DNA of 64,000 nucleotides from an uncultured Actinomycetota bacterium (GCA_963737285.1 CAVTRT010000001.1:290578-354577); one strand, 5' to 3'. Counted from the stretch's first letter, positions 9,769-21,050 are shown. Numbers and translations are program-made. Notes: generated by a model not told the origin, from the sequence alone.

Positions 9769-10514
9769 TGACAGCACCTGACGAGAAGGGCAACGGCCCG
9801 GTGATCCGCGACAACCGGCGGATCGATCCGGTGACCGGCCAACCGAGAAGGGGCAAGCATGCGGCAACCTCGCCGGCCGGCACCAGTGGTGCCGGCCGGG
9901 CGGGCCCGGCCGGATCCCCCGCCTCGGGGCGGCATGGCAGAGGCGATGGCAACGACAGCGCGGGAGGGGAGGCGGTCATCGACGCTTCCGAGGAACCCGA
10001 GACGACAGCAGGCGGTCCCTCTGGGGCCGGCAAGGCTGACGGCAGCCCGACGAGCGCGGGCGACGAAACTGAGGCGGAGGCGTTGCGCGTGCAGCTTGCC
10101 GAGCGCACGGCGGACCTGCAGCGTCTGCAGGCCGAGTACGCCAACTACCGTAAGCGGGTCGAGCGGGACCGGGCGACCGTCCGCGAGTTCGCGGTCTCCA
10201 GCGTCCTGACCGAGCTGCTGCCAGCACTCGACGCGATCGGCATCGCGCGCGACCACGGCGAGCTGTCCGGCGGCTTCAAGTCGGTTGCCGACCAGATCCA
10301 GGCGGCAGTCGTCAAGCTGGGCCTGGTGACGTATGGGCAGAAGGGCGACGCGTTCGACCCGAAGGTCCACGAGGCGCTGACACACTCGTACTCGCCAGAC
10401 GTCGCGCAGGACACCTGCGTGGAGATCTTCCAGCCTGGCTACAAGGTTGGCGAGCGGATCCTCCGCCCGGCGCGGGTCGCCGTCGCGGAGCCCGCTGGAG
10501 AAGACACAAACTAA
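9768..10514 (+). CDS. grpE: Nucleotide exchange factor GrpE
   Basis: LQRLQAEYANYRKR, FDPKVHEA, GYKVGERILRPARVAV. Confidence 0.97.
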   Translation: MTAPDEKGNGPVIRDNRRIDPVTGQPRRGKHAATSPAGTSGAGRAGPAGSPASGRHGRGDGNDSAGGEAVIDASEEPETTAGGPSGAGKADGSPTSAGDETEAEALRVQLAERTADLQRLQAEYANYRKRVERDRATVREFAVSSVLTELLPALDAIGIARDHGELSGGFKSVADQIQAAVVKLGLVTYGQKGDAFDPKVHEALTHSYSPDVAQDTCVEIFQPGYKVGERILRPARVAVAEPAGEDTN

Positions 10515-10533
10515 GCAGCCCAGCGAGGCCAGA

Positions 10534-11694
10534 TTGAGTGCGAAGGACTACCTGGAGAAGGACTACTACAAGACGCTGGGTGTTCCTAAGACAGCCACGA
10601 AGGACGAGATTAAGAAGGCCTACCGTGAGCTGGCCAGGAAGTTCCATCCGGACGCGAACAAGGGGGACGCCAAGGCGGAGGACCGCTTCAAGGAGATCAC
10701 CGAGGCGTACAACGTGCTCTCCGACGACAAGCAGCGCAAGGAGTACGACGACGCTCGGTCGATGTTCGGCAGCGGGTTCCGGGTGCCTGGCGGCTCCCGG
10801 ACCGGCTCCGGCGGCGGCTCCACCTTCGACCTAAACGACTTGTTCGGAGGGAGCGCCGGGGGTGGTGGCTTGGGTGATGTCCTCAGTGACATCCTCGGCC
10901 GAGGTGGCTCTACGCGGACACGGGCGCGGGCACGGCGCGGTGCGAACGTTGAGACCGAGACCATGCTGTCGTTCGGTGACGCGATCGACGGTGCCACCGT
11001 CTCGCTGCGGCTGACCGGCGAAGGCCCCTGCCCTGTCTGCAGCGGCACCGGGGCCAAGCCGCCGTCGATGCCGAAGGTATGCCCGGATTGCCATGGGACC
11101 GGCCAGCAGGCGCGGAACCTCGGTGGTTTCGGCCTCTCCGAGCCCTGCAAGACCTGCAAGGGCCGGGGAATGGTGGTGGACGACCCCTGCGTGGAGTGCC
11201 ACGGCAGCGGCCGGGCGATGAGTTCGCGGACCGTCCAGTCCCGCATCCCCGCTGGTGTCGCGGACGGCCAGCGGATTCGGATCCCTGGTCGTGGTGCCCC
11301 TGGCGAGCACGGCGGCGAGCCTGGCGACCTGTATGTCCGGGTCAAGGTGAAGCCGCACCCAGTATTCAGCAGGTCGGGCAGTGAGCTGACGGTCAGCGTG
11401 CCGGTCACTATCACCGAGCTCGCGCTCGGGGCGGACATCAAGGTGCCGACCCATCGCGGTCCCGCGGTGACCATCCACGTCCCGCCAGGCACTCCGAACG
11501 GACGGGTCTTCCGGGTTCCTGGCAAGGGAGTCCGCCGCAAGGATGGCCAGGCAGGCGCGCTACTCGTCACCGTTGAGGTGGCGGTACCGCAGGACCTGAA
11601 CAAGAAGACGCGCTCAGCGCTTGAGGATCTGCGCGCGGCCACGGCCGACACGGATCCGCGGGAGGACCTGCTCCGGCGGGCCGCCCAGGAATGA
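10534..11694 (+). CDS. dnaJ: Chaperone DnaJ
   Basis: J domain (DYYKTLGV, HPD) and four CxxCxGxG zinc-finger motifs; probable TTG start. Confidence 0.97.
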   Translation: MSAKDYLEKDYYKTLGVPKTATKDEIKKAYRELARKFHPDANKGDAKAEDRFKEITEAYNVLSDDKQRKEYDDARSMFGSGFRVPGGSRTGSGGGSTFDLNDLFGGSAGGGGLGDVLSDILGRGGSTRTRARARRGANVETETMLSFGDAIDGATVSLRLTGEGPCPVCSGTGAKPPSMPKVCPDCHGTGQQARNLGGFGLSEPCKTCKGRGMVVDDPCVECHGSGRAMSSRTVQSRIPAGVADGQRIRIPGRGAPGEHGGEPGDLYVRVKVKPHPVFSRSGSELTVSVPVTITELALGADIKVPTHRGPAVTIHVPPGTPNGRVFRVPGKGVRRKDGQAGALLVTVEVAVPQDLNKKTRSALEDLRAATADTDPREDLLRRAAQE

Positions 11695-11821
11695 ACTAAC
11701 TAACGGACAAGTGGGCTACTGGACCGGCGCAGCGGCGTCACCGCGGCTCAGGTCCAGACCCGGCCAGGCACGATGCTTTTCCATCAGCAAGGGCCGGGGG
11801 AAGCAGTAAAGGAGATGACAT

Positions 11822-12328
11822 ATGACCAGCCCCTACGACATGTCCGACGACATGCCGGTGTACGTCATCTCCGTGGCCGCCAGCCTGTCCGGCATGCACC
11901 CGCAGACGCTGCGCGGTTACGAGAGAGTCGGGCTCGTTACGCCACGGCGCAGCGCCGGCGGCGGCCGACGGTATTCGATGCGCGACATCCTTGCCCTGCG
12001 CGAGATCCAGCGTCTTTCGCAGGAAGAGGGCATCAACCTCAACGGCATCAAGCGCATCCTCGACCTAGAGCGGGAACTCCAGCGGACCCGCCTGCTGGCC
12101 GCCCAGCTCCACAGCGAGACGGCACAACTACGGGCCGAGCTGGAGTCGACCCGCGCGGTGGCCGTCCGGCTGGCCCACCTGCGCCGCGCTCCCGCCAACC
12201 CCGCGGCCGCGCTCGTGCCGGTCCGTACGACGAGAGCGAGCGCCACGCTCTGGCGTTCCGCCACGCAGGCGGCTCAGACCACATCGGAGGGCAGTCCAGC
12301 CCCGGACGACCGCTCCGACAACAAGTGA
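11822..12328 (+). CDS. hspR: Heat-shock repressor HspR (MerR family)
   Basis: [34 protein letters not shown]; position after dnaJ. Confidence 0.95.
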   Translation: MTSPYDMSDDMPVYVISVAASLSGMHPQTLRGYERVGLVTPRRSAGGGRRYSMRDILALREIQRLSQEEGINLNGIKRILDLERELQRTRLLAAQLHSETAQLRAELESTRAVAVRLAHLRRAPANPAAALVPVRTTRASATLWRSATQAAQTTSEGSPAPDDRSDNK

Positions 12329-12355
12329 ATAAGGCAGTAAGGGGGATGACACATC

Positions 12356-14977
12356 ATGGATGACAAGCTCACAAGGAAGAGCCAGGAGGCCCTGTCGGTA
12401 GCGATCCGGCAGGCGGCGACGGACGGCAACCCCCAGGTCGAACCCGTCCACCTGCTTCTCGCCCTGCTGAAGCAGGCGGATGGCATCGCCCGGCCACTGA
12501 TCGAGGCGGCAGGCGCGGACCTGAGCCGCATCATCATGGAGACAACGGCACTCAAGGACGACCTTCCACAGGCCCACGGCGCAACCACGAGCGCACCGCA
12601 GACTTCCCGGCACTTCCTGGCGGTGATCAACACCGCCGCCAGCCTTGCCCGGGAGATGGGGGACGAGTACGTCTCAACGGAGCACCTGCTGGTCGGCCTG
12701 GCAACGGGCGGCGGTCCTGTGGCCAGCGCCCTGCAGCGTTCGGGGGCCGACCCGGATGCACTGACCCGCGCCTTCGCCAAAGTGCGTGGCAGCGCCAGGG
12801 TCACCACCGAGGACCCGGAGGGGACTTACCAGGCACTGGAGAAGTTCGGCGTCGACCTCACCCAGCAGGCCCGGGACGGCAAGCTGGACCCGGTTATCGG
12901 CCGGGACGCCGAGATCAGGCGGGTCGTTCAGGTGCTGTCCCGGCGCACGAAGAACAACCCGGTCCTGATCGGCGAGCCGGGCGTTGGAAAGACAGCCGTC
13001 GTCGAGGGCCTCGCGCAGCGCATCGTCGCCGGTGACGTGCCCGAGTCGCTGCGCGGCAAGCGGCTGATCGCTCTCGACCTGGGCAGCATGGTGGCCGGCG
13101 CGAAGTACCGCGGCGAGTTCGAGGAGCGCCTTAAGGCGGTCCTGAACGACATCAAGGCCAGCGACGGTCAGGTGATCACGTTCATCGATGAGCTGCACAC
13201 CGTCGTCGGGGCGGGCGCGGCCGAGGGCGCGATGGACGCCGGCAACATGCTCAAGCCGATGCTCGCGCGCGGCGAGCTGCGCATGGTCGGCGCGACCACG
13301 CTGGACGAGTACCGCGAGCGAATCGAGAAGGACCCGGCGCTAGAGCGCCGCTTCCAGCAGGTTCTCGTCGGTGAGCCCAGCGTCGAGGACACGATCGCGA
13401 TTCTGCGCGGGCTGAAGGGCCGGTACGAGGCGCACCACCAGGTGCAGATCTCGGACGCAGCCCTGGTCGCCGCGGCCACCTTGTCTGACCGGTACATCAC
13501 CGCACGCTTCCTGCCCGACAAGGCGATCGACCTCGTTGACGAGGCCGCCTCCCGGCTGCGGATGGAGATCGACTCCTCTCCGGTTGAAATCGACGAGCTG
13601 CGCCGCATCGTGGACCGGATGAAGATGGAGGAGCTCGCGCTGTCGCGCGAGTCCGACCCGGCGAGCAAGGAGCGTCTGGATCGCTTGCGGGCCGACCTGG
13701 CGGACCGGCAGGAACAGCTCACCGCGCTGACCGCACGCTGGGAGCAGGAGAAGTCCGGGCTGAATCGGGTCGGCGAGCTCAAGAAGAAGCTCGACGACCT
13801 TAAGGGCCAGGCCGAACGCGCCCAGCGGGACGGCGACTACGAGACCGCGTCGCGGCTGCTGTACGGCGAGATCCCGGCGCTGGACGCGGAGATCGCCGAG
13901 GCGGTGGCCAAGGAAGGCGACGCGGAGACTGTGGCGAGCACCACCCCCATGGTGAAGGAGGAGGTCGGCCCGGATGACGTCGCGGACGTCGTCTCGGCGT
14001 GGACTGGCATCCCCGCCGGGCGACTGCTTGAGGGCGAGACCGGCAAGCTGCTGCGGATGGAGTCCGAGCTCGGCAGCAGGGTAATCGGCCAGTCGGCGGC
14101 GGTGCAGGCGGTATCCGACGCGGTGCGCCGGGCGCGCGCTGGCGTGGCCGACCCGGACCGGCCCACGGGGTCGTTCCTGTTCCTCGGGCCGACTGGCGTG
14201 GGGAAGACCGAGCTGGCCAAGGCGCTCGCTGAGTTCCTGTTCGACAGCGAGCGGGCGATGATCCGCATCGACATGAGCGAGTACGGCGAGAAGCACTCGG
14301 TCGCCCGCCTGGTCGGTGCCCCGCCCGGTTATGTCGGCTACGAGGAGGGCGGGCAGCTCACCGAGCCGGTGCGGCGGCGGCCCTACTGCGCCGTGCTGCT
14401 CGACGAGGTGGAGAAGGCGCACCCCGAGGTCTTCGATGTGCTCCTGCAAGTCCTCGACGACGGACGGCTGACCGACGGACAGGGAAGGACTGTGGACTTC
14501 CGCAACACGATCCTCATCCTGACCTCCAACCTCGGGTCGCAGTTCATCGCCGACGCCGCCTTGGATGACAAGGCAAAGCTGGATGCCGTGATGGCGGCGG
14601 TGCGCGCGTCGTTCAAGCCGGAATTCCTGAACCGGCTCGACGACGTGATCATCTTCGACTCGCTGACCACGGCCGAGCTGACGAAGATCGTCGACATCCA
14701 GGTGGACCGGCTGGCCAAGCGGCTGTCGGCGCGGCGGCTAGCGCTGACCGTGACCCCCGCCGCGAAGGACTGGCTAGCACTGACCGGGTTCGATCCGGTG
14801 TACGGCGCTCGCCCGCTGCGGCGGCTTGTCCAGTCCGCGATCGGCGACAAGCTGGCCAAGGCGTTGCTGTCCGGCTCGGTCACCGACGGCGACGAGATAG
14901 TCGTGGACCTGGACCAGTCAGCCGATGCGCTGTCCGTCCGGTCAGCTAGCCCGGGTCAGCTAGCCCGGGTCAGCTAG
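12356..14977 (+). CDS. clpB: ATP-dependent disaggregase ClpB
   Basis: Two AAA modules ([16 protein letters not shown]), middle coiled coil, GARPLRR. Confidence 0.98.
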   Translation: MDDKLTRKSQEALSVAIRQAATDGNPQVEPVHLLLALLKQADGIARPLIEAAGADLSRIIMETTALKDDLPQAHGATTSAPQTSRHFLAVINTAASLAREMGDEYVSTEHLLVGLATGGGPVASALQRSGADPDALTRAFAKVRGSARVTTEDPEGTYQALEKFGVDLTQQARDGKLDPVIGRDAEIRRVVQVLSRRTKNNPVLIGEPGVGKTAVVEGLAQRIVAGDVPESLRGKRLIALDLGSMVAGAKYRGEFEERLKAVLNDIKASDGQVITFIDELHTVVGAGAAEGAMDAGNMLKPMLARGELRMVGATTLDEYRERIEKDPALERRFQQVLVGEPSVEDTIAILRGLKGRYEAHHQVQISDAALVAAATLSDRYITARFLPDKAIDLVDEAASRLRMEIDSSPVEIDELRRIVDRMKMEELALSRESDPASKERLDRLRADLADRQEQLTALTARWEQEKSGLNRVGELKKKLDDLKGQAERAQRDGDYETASRLLYGEIPALDAEIAEAVAKEGDAETVASTTPMVKEEVGPDDVADVVSAWTGIPAGRLLEGETGKLLRMESELGSRVIGQSAAVQAVSDAVRRARAGVADPDRPTGSFLFLGPTGVGKTELAKALAEFLFDSERAMIRIDMSEYGEKHSVARLVGAPPGYVGYEEGGQLTEPVRRRPYCAVLLDEVEKAHPEVFDVLLQVLDDGRLTDGQGRTVDFRNTILILTSNLGSQFIADAALDDKAKLDAVMAAVRASFKPEFLNRLDDVIIFDSLTTAELTKIVDIQVDRLAKRLSARRLALTVTPAAKDWLALTGFDPVYGARPLRRLVQSAIGDKLAKALLSGSVTDGDEIVVDLDQSADALSVRSASPGQLARVS

Positions 14978-14978
14978 C
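14941..14978 (+). repeat. 14-bp tandem repeat GTCAGCTAGCCCGG x2.7 spanning the clpB stop
   Basis: Copies start at 14941, 14955, 14969. Confidence 0.85.
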
Positions 14979-15017
14979 GCCTGCGAGGCCGCAGGCAGCC
15001 ACCGTAAGCCGAGGTAA

Positions 15018-15052
15018 CGCGGGCAGCCCTTCAGCTGAGGAACTGCCCGCGT
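15018..15052. terminator. Hairpin between convergent clpB and TPR-like gene
   Basis: CGCGGGCAG...CTGCCCGCG inverted repeat. Confidence 0.6.
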
Positions 15053-15055
15053 CGG

Positions 15056-15628
15056 CTACCCTCGGGAGCCGTCTAGCATCTTGTCGTAGTCGTCCTCGTC
15101 GAGGCCGAGGTCGACGCGAATCCGGTAGCGCAGCCGGAGCAGCAACTGCAACTCGGCGTCGTCATCGCGCTGGATGCAGTGCTCCACCCCGATGGTGGCC
15201 CACTCGAGCGCGCCCTGCAGGTCGCCGCGCTCGGTTAGCACCTCGGCCAGGATGTCGCAGGTCCTCGGGGTGACGATGTCCCGCTCGGCACCGACGGCCG
15301 CCAGCAGCGACTCGGACTCGGCCTGGTTGCCCACGTCGAACAGCGCTCGGGCGAGGTACACCCGCGGGTCGGCGGACGTCGGGCCGCCATCCGCGATGGC
15401 CGCCCGGAAGTCATCGACTGCTCGCTGCGCCTCGTCGGCCATGATCCACTGATCGCCCGCCCGGAGGTAGGCCTCCGCGCGATAGCCATCGTCGGCCTCT
15501 GCGGCCAGTTCGTCCATGCGGGCCGCTGCCCGCGAGTGGTCTCCCGTTCGCGCTGCCTGGAATTCGATCTCGTCGAACTCATCAACGCTCGCCACCTGCA
15601 CCACCGTACCCACGCGGCCCTTCGTCAA
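15056..15628 (-). CDS. TPR-like helical repeat hypothetical protein
   Basis: Ala/Leu helical pattern (AEAYLRAG, YLARALFDVG, LAEVLTERGDLQGALEW). Confidence 0.7.
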   Translation of the reverse strand: MTKGRVGTVVQVASVDEFDEIEFQAARTGDHSRAAARMDELAAEADDGYRAEAYLRAGDQWIMADEAQRAVDDFRAAIADGGPTSADPRVYLARALFDVGNQAESESLLAAVGAERDIVTPRTCDILAEVLTERGDLQGALEWATIGVEHCIQRDDDAELQLLLRLRYRIRVDLGLDEDDYDKMLDGSRG

Positions 15629-15692
15629 TCTCGCCTACACATCGGCTATATCACGGATTGCGGTCCGATGGCTTACCCAGAAGTAAACCGGC

Positions 15693-18377
15693 TTACCTGC
15701 GGGCACGTTCGAGTGCCTCCCAGAAGCCCCGGCGCAACGCGTGCCGGACCTCATCATGCAGCAGGAAGTCAATAGGCAGCGACGACCCTTGCAGGAGCCT
15801 GGCCTCCAGGTCAGAGGGCATCCGGGGCTTCCTGGCGAGAACTGCCTCCAGCCACAGTGCTGGAGCGTCGCGGGCCACGGTATTGCCAAACTCCTGGCCC
15901 TCTTCATGTGCGGACTGCACCGCGTCGGAGAGCGAGATCGCCGGCTGCGATGGCGCGGCGAAGCTAGGCACTAGCCCAGGACCGGGAACCAGCGCTTCCG
16001 GCGCGGCCGACAGGCCTGCCAGCGGAGCGAGACCACCCGCCGGCGACAGGCCTGCCAGCGGAGCGAGACCGCCCGCCGGCGGCAGGCCGGTGAGTGGGGC
16101 CAGGCCACTGGCTGCAGCGGGACCACTCGCCGGCAGCGTGCTCGAGCTCGGCGCCGACGAACCCGGCGCCGCGCCCAGGGCTGGGATACCTAGCAGCGGA
16201 TTCCCGCCACCCGCAGCCCCGTTAGACGGGGTGGCCTGGGCGCCAGGCGACATCCCTGGGGAACCCGGCAGCGGCCCAGTAGGACCGCCGTGGCCGAGAC
16301 TGGTCATGGACGCGGAGTCGAGAGCGCCCGGGATGGGACCGGTCCCCGCACTCGGGGCACCTGCGCCGGGCTGGCTCCCCATCCCCAGGCCGGCCGCCTG
16401 CGGGCCGCCCAGCGAGGAACCGCTCAACTGCGGACCCCCAGGCTGCGGACCCCCAGGCTGCGGACCGACCGACTGCGGACCGCTGTAGGCTTGCGGGATG
16501 CCGGGCGCGTACCCACCTGGGGCACCCGGCCCGGCGGGCAGGGACGGTGGCTGACCGGGCTGGAATGCCTGAGGCTGGGCTGACGGCAGTTGCCCCGGCT
16601 GACCCTGTGGCGCGCCCATGGGGGGGCCAGCGGTCATTCCCGTAGAGGGGACCGGGGGGATGGCACCAGCCGGGCCTCGTGCTGGGAAGCGTCGCACCTG
16701 GGCGCCGGCCTCCAACGGCACCGGGACCAGGTCGGGCTGCCCGCCCTGCCCGTAGGGCGTGACGTCACCGCCCCGGTAGGCCAGGTCGGCCGCTCCGAAG
16801 GAAGATGTCCCAGTCAGGTGGTCCGCCTGGCGTGAGTCCCGGCTCGCCGACTCACGGGTCGACCCTGGGCTGTACCCGGAAAGATCCTGCGACTGATAGG
16901 CGCGCGAGGCGGACAGGTCGTAGGCACGATCGTCGCCTGCCGCCCCCGGTGCACCTGCGCCACCGAACCCGCGCGAGATGCCGGGAGCAAAGTGGGCAGC
17001 GGGCGACACCTGTGCCGAGACAGGCGCCGGGTATAGCTCGTGGCTGGGGAGAATGTCCATGGAACCCGGCAGGCCAGGAAGTCCCGCGAGGCCGTTGGCG
17101 TCTTGGGCTTCTGTCGACTGGCCAGGCGGCAACTGAGGCTGCCCGCCCGACGGAACACCCGTTGACGCGCCAGCGGCGATCCCGGGCTGCACCTGCCTCG
17201 CTGCGGGCAGATCCGGCCGGCCGACGGGAACGGCCCCAGAAGGTGTCAGGTAGTCCGGCAGGAAGGACCCGGCCGGCATGCCAGGTGGCGGCATCGGCGC
17301 GGCGGACTGCGGTCGCAGGTACATCGCAGCGGGATCCAGCGCGCGCGAAGCGTCGTCATAGGGCGACGGGACGAGGGATGCCGACGGGATGTCCGGCCAC
17401 CCCCGGTCGCCCGCGAAGGCCGCTGGGTTTACTGAGGCCGGCGAGTCCGATCCCAGGGGCACCGAGGACAAGCCGGGAAGCATCGAGGACGAGTCCGCGG
17501 CAGGCACCGGACCCGAAGCAAGTTGTCCCTGGGGCGCGAGCGTCGCGGCAGCCGCCGCGGGCAGTTCGTCACGCCCAAGGTGGTAGCTGTTGCCGCCAGG
17601 CCCTGCTGAGGCCGGCGTGAACGAGGGCATCGGCCGTCCACCGCCAAGCGTGGCGCCCGCCATGCCGCCAGGCAAGCCCGCGGAACCAGGCGAACCCGCG
17701 GAACCAGGCGAACCCGCGGAACCAGGCAAGCCAGCGGAACCAGGCAAGCCCGCACTCGCGGCCAGGCCGTGCCCGTTCGCCCCCGAGCGCGACAGCTCAC
17801 GGGGTCCGCTGTCTTGGTCATCGGCCCCGGCTGGCTCGGCACCGGAGATCAGGTCAACGTAGGGACGCAGTTCCGAGGCGCTGATCTCGACGATGTCGTC
17901 GCACTCCTGGCGCAGCGTCCGGGAGATCGTCCAGTTGCCGTCGGAGGTGATGTGCAGCATCGTGACCCGCATGCCCAGATCCTGGACATCGGCGATGACG
18001 CTGGCCAGGTCCTCTTCCGCGCTGACCACCATGGCGTCGCTGACTGCCTTGTTCCGTGCCAGCGTCGCCAGGTCCCGGTGGATCTCGCTCTCGACGCCCT
18101 CGCGGCGGCCGGGACGCATCTTGGCGAGCCGCAGCTTCACGCCAGGCAGGTCCGCGAGCGCGTCGTGATCCGCGCCGCGCCGTCCCTCGACGGTCGCCTC
18201 GTACCAGTAGCACCGCAGCAGCGGGAGTCCTGACCGCTGCGCGGCCAGGCCAGCGAGGAACTGCAAGAGCCCCGCGTAATCCCAGGAGACCGACTCGCGA
18301 CGACGGGTCCCGTGTACCGCCATGGCGCCGTCAGCCAGGACATATCCCGCGTCCACGAACAGCGCGCAACGATCCAC
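15693..18377 (-). CDS. NYN (PIN-like) domain protein with long Pro/Gly/Ala low-complexity linker and helical C-terminal domain
   Basis: VDRCALFVDAGY, LLRCYWYE, LRQECD; probable GTG start at 18377; internal 15-, 18- and 33-bp repeats. Confidence 0.8.
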   Translation of the reverse strand: MDRCALFVDAGYVLADGAMAVHGTRRRESVSWDYAGLLQFLAGLAAQRSGLPLLRCYWYEATVEGRRGADHDALADLPGVKLRLAKMRPGRREGVESEIHRDLATLARNKAVSDAMVVSAEEDLASVIADVQDLGMRVTMLHITSDGNWTISRTLRQECDDIVEISASELRPYVDLISGAEPAGADDQDSGPRELSRSGANGHGLAASAGLPGSAGLPGSAGSPGSAGSPGSAGLPGGMAGATLGGGRPMPSFTPASAGPGGNSYHLGRDELPAAAAATLAPQGQLASGPVPAADSSSMLPGLSSVPLGSDSPASVNPAAFAGDRGWPDIPSASLVPSPYDDASRALDPAAMYLRPQSAAPMPPPGMPAGSFLPDYLTPSGAVPVGRPDLPAARQVQPGIAAGASTGVPSGGQPQLPPGQSTEAQDANGLAGLPGLPGSMDILPSHELYPAPVSAQVSPAAHFAPGISRGFGGAGAPGAAGDDRAYDLSASRAYQSQDLSGYSPGSTRESASRDSRQADHLTGTSSFGAADLAYRGGDVTPYGQGGQPDLVPVPLEAGAQVRRFPARGPAGAIPPVPSTGMTAGPPMGAPQGQPGQLPSAQPQAFQPGQPPSLPAGPGAPGGYAPGIPQAYSGPQSVGPQPGGPQPGGPQLSGSSLGGPQAAGLGMGSQPGAGAPSAGTGPIPGALDSASMTSLGHGGPTGPLPGSPGMSPGAQATPSNGAAGGGNPLLGIPALGAAPGSSAPSSSTLPASGPAAASGLAPLTGLPPAGGLAPLAGLSPAGGLAPLAGLSAAPEALVPGPGLVPSFAAPSQPAISLSDAVQSAHEEGQEFGNTVARDAPALWLEAVLARKPRMPSDLEARLLQGSSLPIDFLLHDEVRHALRRGFWEALERARR

Positions 18378-18538
18378 GCGACAACACCGTCCTTCCCCAC
18401 CATGAGGGCAAATCATGACCCGAGAGACCGTCGAGGAGCGACGGCCGACTGCCCTCCACGTCTCCTAGGGTAGTGAAGCCAGGGACCCACGTATGCCGCT
18501 TCGGCGCATTCAGGGCAGCGTCTATATGCTGGTGAACC

Positions 18539-19069
18539 GTGAGTGACCGTGACCTCCTGCTTGCCGGGATCAAGGAAAAGGCCGTGCTGCACGGGGATTT
18601 CGTGCTCTCCTCGGGCCAGCACGCCACCAGCTACGTGGACCTGCGCAGAGTGCTGCTCGACGGGCACCTGAGCCCGCTGGCCGGCCGCGTGCTGCTCGAC
18701 GCGACCGCCGACCTCGCCTACGAGGCGGTGGGCGGCCTAACGCTCGGTGCCGACCCGGTCGCGTACGCGATGCTGGCCGCGGCCTTCAACCGGGGGACGC
18801 CGCTTGACGCGTTCGTCGTGCGCAAGACGGAGAAGACCCACGGCCTGCAAAGAAGAATTGAGGGGCCGGACGTCAGCGGCAGGCGGGTGCTCGCCGTCGA
18901 GGACACCTCCACGACCGGCGGGTCGGTGCTGACGGCCGTCGATGCCCTAGAGCAAGCGGGGGCCGAGGTCGTCGGTGTCGCCGTCCTGGTCGAGCGGGGC
19001 GCCCGGCGCAGGATCGAGGAGCGCGGCCTGCCCTACCGCGCCGTCTTCGAGCTAGCCGAGGTCATGTAG
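18539..19069 (+). CDS. pyrE: Orotate phosphoribosyltransferase
   Basis: FVLSSG, YVDLRR, GGLTLGADP, VEDTSTTGGS PRPP loop. Confidence 0.95.
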   Translation: MSDRDLLLAGIKEKAVLHGDFVLSSGQHATSYVDLRRVLLDGHLSPLAGRVLLDATADLAYEAVGGLTLGADPVAYAMLAAAFNRGTPLDAFVVRKTEKTHGLQRRIEGPDVSGRRVLAVEDTSTTGGSVLTAVDALEQAGAEVVGVAVLVERGARRRIEERGLPYRAVFELAEVM

Positions 19070-19832
19070 CCAAGATCACATAACTTAGATCACGCTCGTC
19101 GCCGCCAGCACGGCGATGACCACGAGTGCCACTGCGACCAGCGCGATGGCGATATAAGCGACCTGACCGCTCCCGGCCGGATCCGGTGTGTGTCGTCCCC
19201 CCATGCTTGGCAGCGTAGGCGCTTTCCTTGCGGAACTCACGTAGACGGTGGAAGACGTAGCCGATGATCGCGAGGACCACGAGGCCGACGAGCACGTAGC
19301 TGACGTCGCTGAAGGTCTTGTTGAACTTGGTCCACTCGCCGCCGAGGGAGTACCCGATGCTGGCTATCGCGGCGACGTAGATCACCGTGCCGATGATGTT
19401 GAGCACGGCGAACCGCACCGGCGGGACCTCCACCACGCCAGCCACGATCGAGGCGAAAGCCCGGATCACGGGCAGTATCCGCGCCACCGGCAGCGCCCAC
19501 GCGCCGCGCCCCACCAGGAACCTCTCGGCGCGATCCACGTCCTTGTGAGTCACCAGGACGTACTTGCCCCACCGGTTCACCAGCGGCCGGCCGCCAGCGC
19601 GGCCTATCCCGTAGGAGATGAACGAGCCGACAAGCTCGGCCACGACGCCCAAGATGATCACCAGGGCCAGGCTCGGGTGCTGGTGAACGCCGACACCGCC
19701 CGCGCCGGCGGCGACCGCCCCCCCGAGGAGGAACGTCAACTCCGAGGAGATGGGGATGCACATTGCCTCAAGCACGCCAAACAAGACGATGGCGTAGATG
19801 GCGTGCGACACGAGGAAACCCTGCATGCGCAC
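19062..19832 (-). CDS. DedA family membrane protein
   Basis: LEAMCIPISSE, SYGIGRAGGRP, ARILPVIR motifs; hydrophobic segments. Confidence 0.9.
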   Translation of the reverse strand: MRMQGFLVSHAIYAIVLFGVLEAMCIPISSELTFLLGGAVAAGAGGVGVHQHPSLALVIILGVVAELVGSFISYGIGRAGGRPLVNRWGKYVLVTHKDVDRAERFLVGRGAWALPVARILPVIRAFASIVAGVVEVPPVRFAVLNIIGTVIYVAAIASIGYSLGGEWTKFNKTFSDVSYVLVGLVVLAIIGYVFHRLREFRKESAYAAKHGGTTHTGSGRERSGRLYRHRAGRSGTRGHRRAGGDERDLSYVILAT

Positions 19833-19980
19833 CTTTTTACAGCATGGCCAGGGGTTCCCCGGCCGCCTTCGGGGTGGGACACGCGCGGAAAACTCCTACG
19901 GGTCCGCCCTTCCCCCTGTCTTCGGCGGCCACGGCTGTCGATAATGAAAGACCGGTGAACAACGACAGGAGTCAGTCAGC

Positions 19981-21003
19981 ATGCCCATCGCCACCCCAGA
20001 GATCTACGCGCAGATGCTGGACCGGGCCAAGCAGCAGGGCTTCGCTTACCCTGCGATCAACGTGACATCAACCCAGACGCTGAACGCGGCCCTGCAGGGC
20101 TTCGCGAACGCCGAGAGCGACGGCATCATCCAGGTGTCCACCGGCGGTGCCGAGTACCTGTCCGGCCAGAAGGTCAAGGACATGGTGACTGGCGCGCAGG
20201 CCCTGGCCGAGTTCGCCGGCGTCGTCGCGAAGAAGTACCCCATCCACGTGGCGCTGCACACCGACCACTGCCCCAAGGACAAGCTCGACAGCTACATGCG
20301 CCCGCTGATCGAGATTTCCGCGCAGCGCGTGGCCAAGGGCGAGGAGCCGCTGTTCCAGTCCCATATGTGGGACGGGTCCGCGGTCCCGCTGGCGGAGAAT
20401 CTGGACATCGCCCGGGAACTCCTCGACAAATGCGCCAAGGCCCGGATCATCATGGAAATGGAGATCGGCGTCGTTGGTGGCGAGGAGGACGGCGTCGTGG
20501 GCGAGATCAACGAGAAGCTCTACACGACGCCGGATGACGCACTGGCCACGGCCGAGGCCCTGGGACTGGGCGAGCGCGGGCGCTACATTCTGGCGGCCAC
20601 GTTCGGCAACGTGCATGGCGTGTACAAGCCTGGACATGTCAAGCTGCGCCCAAGCGTGCTAAAGGAGATCCAGGACGCGGTCAGCATCAAGTACGGCAAG
20701 GATAAGCCTTTCGACCTGGTCTTCCACGGCGGCTCCGGGTCGGCGCTTGAGGAGATCCACGAGGCGCTGTCCTATGGCGTTGTCAAGATGAACGTGGACA
20801 CCGACGCCCAGTACGCCTTTACCCGCCCGGTCGCCGGCCACATGTTCGCCAACTACGACGGCGTCCTGAAGGTCGATGGCGACGTGGGCACCAAGAAGGC
20901 CTACGACCCGCGCACCTGGGGCAAGGCCGCCGAGACGTCCATGGCGGCCCGCATCGTCCGGGCCTGCCAGGACCTGCTCTCGGCGGGCACGAAGCTGTCC
21001 TGA
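19981..21003 (+). CDS. fbaA: Class II fructose-bisphosphate aldolase
   Basis: MPIATPE, LHTDHC, GGEEDG, FGNVHGVYKPG, FHGGSGS. Confidence 0.97.
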   Translation: MPIATPEIYAQMLDRAKQQGFAYPAINVTSTQTLNAALQGFANAESDGIIQVSTGGAEYLSGQKVKDMVTGAQALAEFAGVVAKKYPIHVALHTDHCPKDKLDSYMRPLIEISAQRVAKGEEPLFQSHMWDGSAVPLAENLDIARELLDKCAKARIIMEMEIGVVGGEEDGVVGEINEKLYTTPDDALATAEALGLGERGRYILAATFGNVHGVYKPGHVKLRPSVLKEIQDAVSIKYGKDKPFDLVFHGGSGSALEEIHEALSYGVVKMNVDTDAQYAFTRPVAGHMFANYDGVLKVDGDVGTKKAYDPRTWGKAAETSMAARIVRACQDLLSAGTKLS

Positions 21004-21017
21004 TCCTCGCGGCGCAA

Positions 21018-21050
21018 CGGGCCGTGGCCGGTCTCCGCGACCACGGCCCG
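21018..21050. terminator. Hairpin between convergent fbaA and DUF3151 gene
   Basis: CGGGCCGTGG...CCACGGCCCG inverted repeat. Confidence 0.6.
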
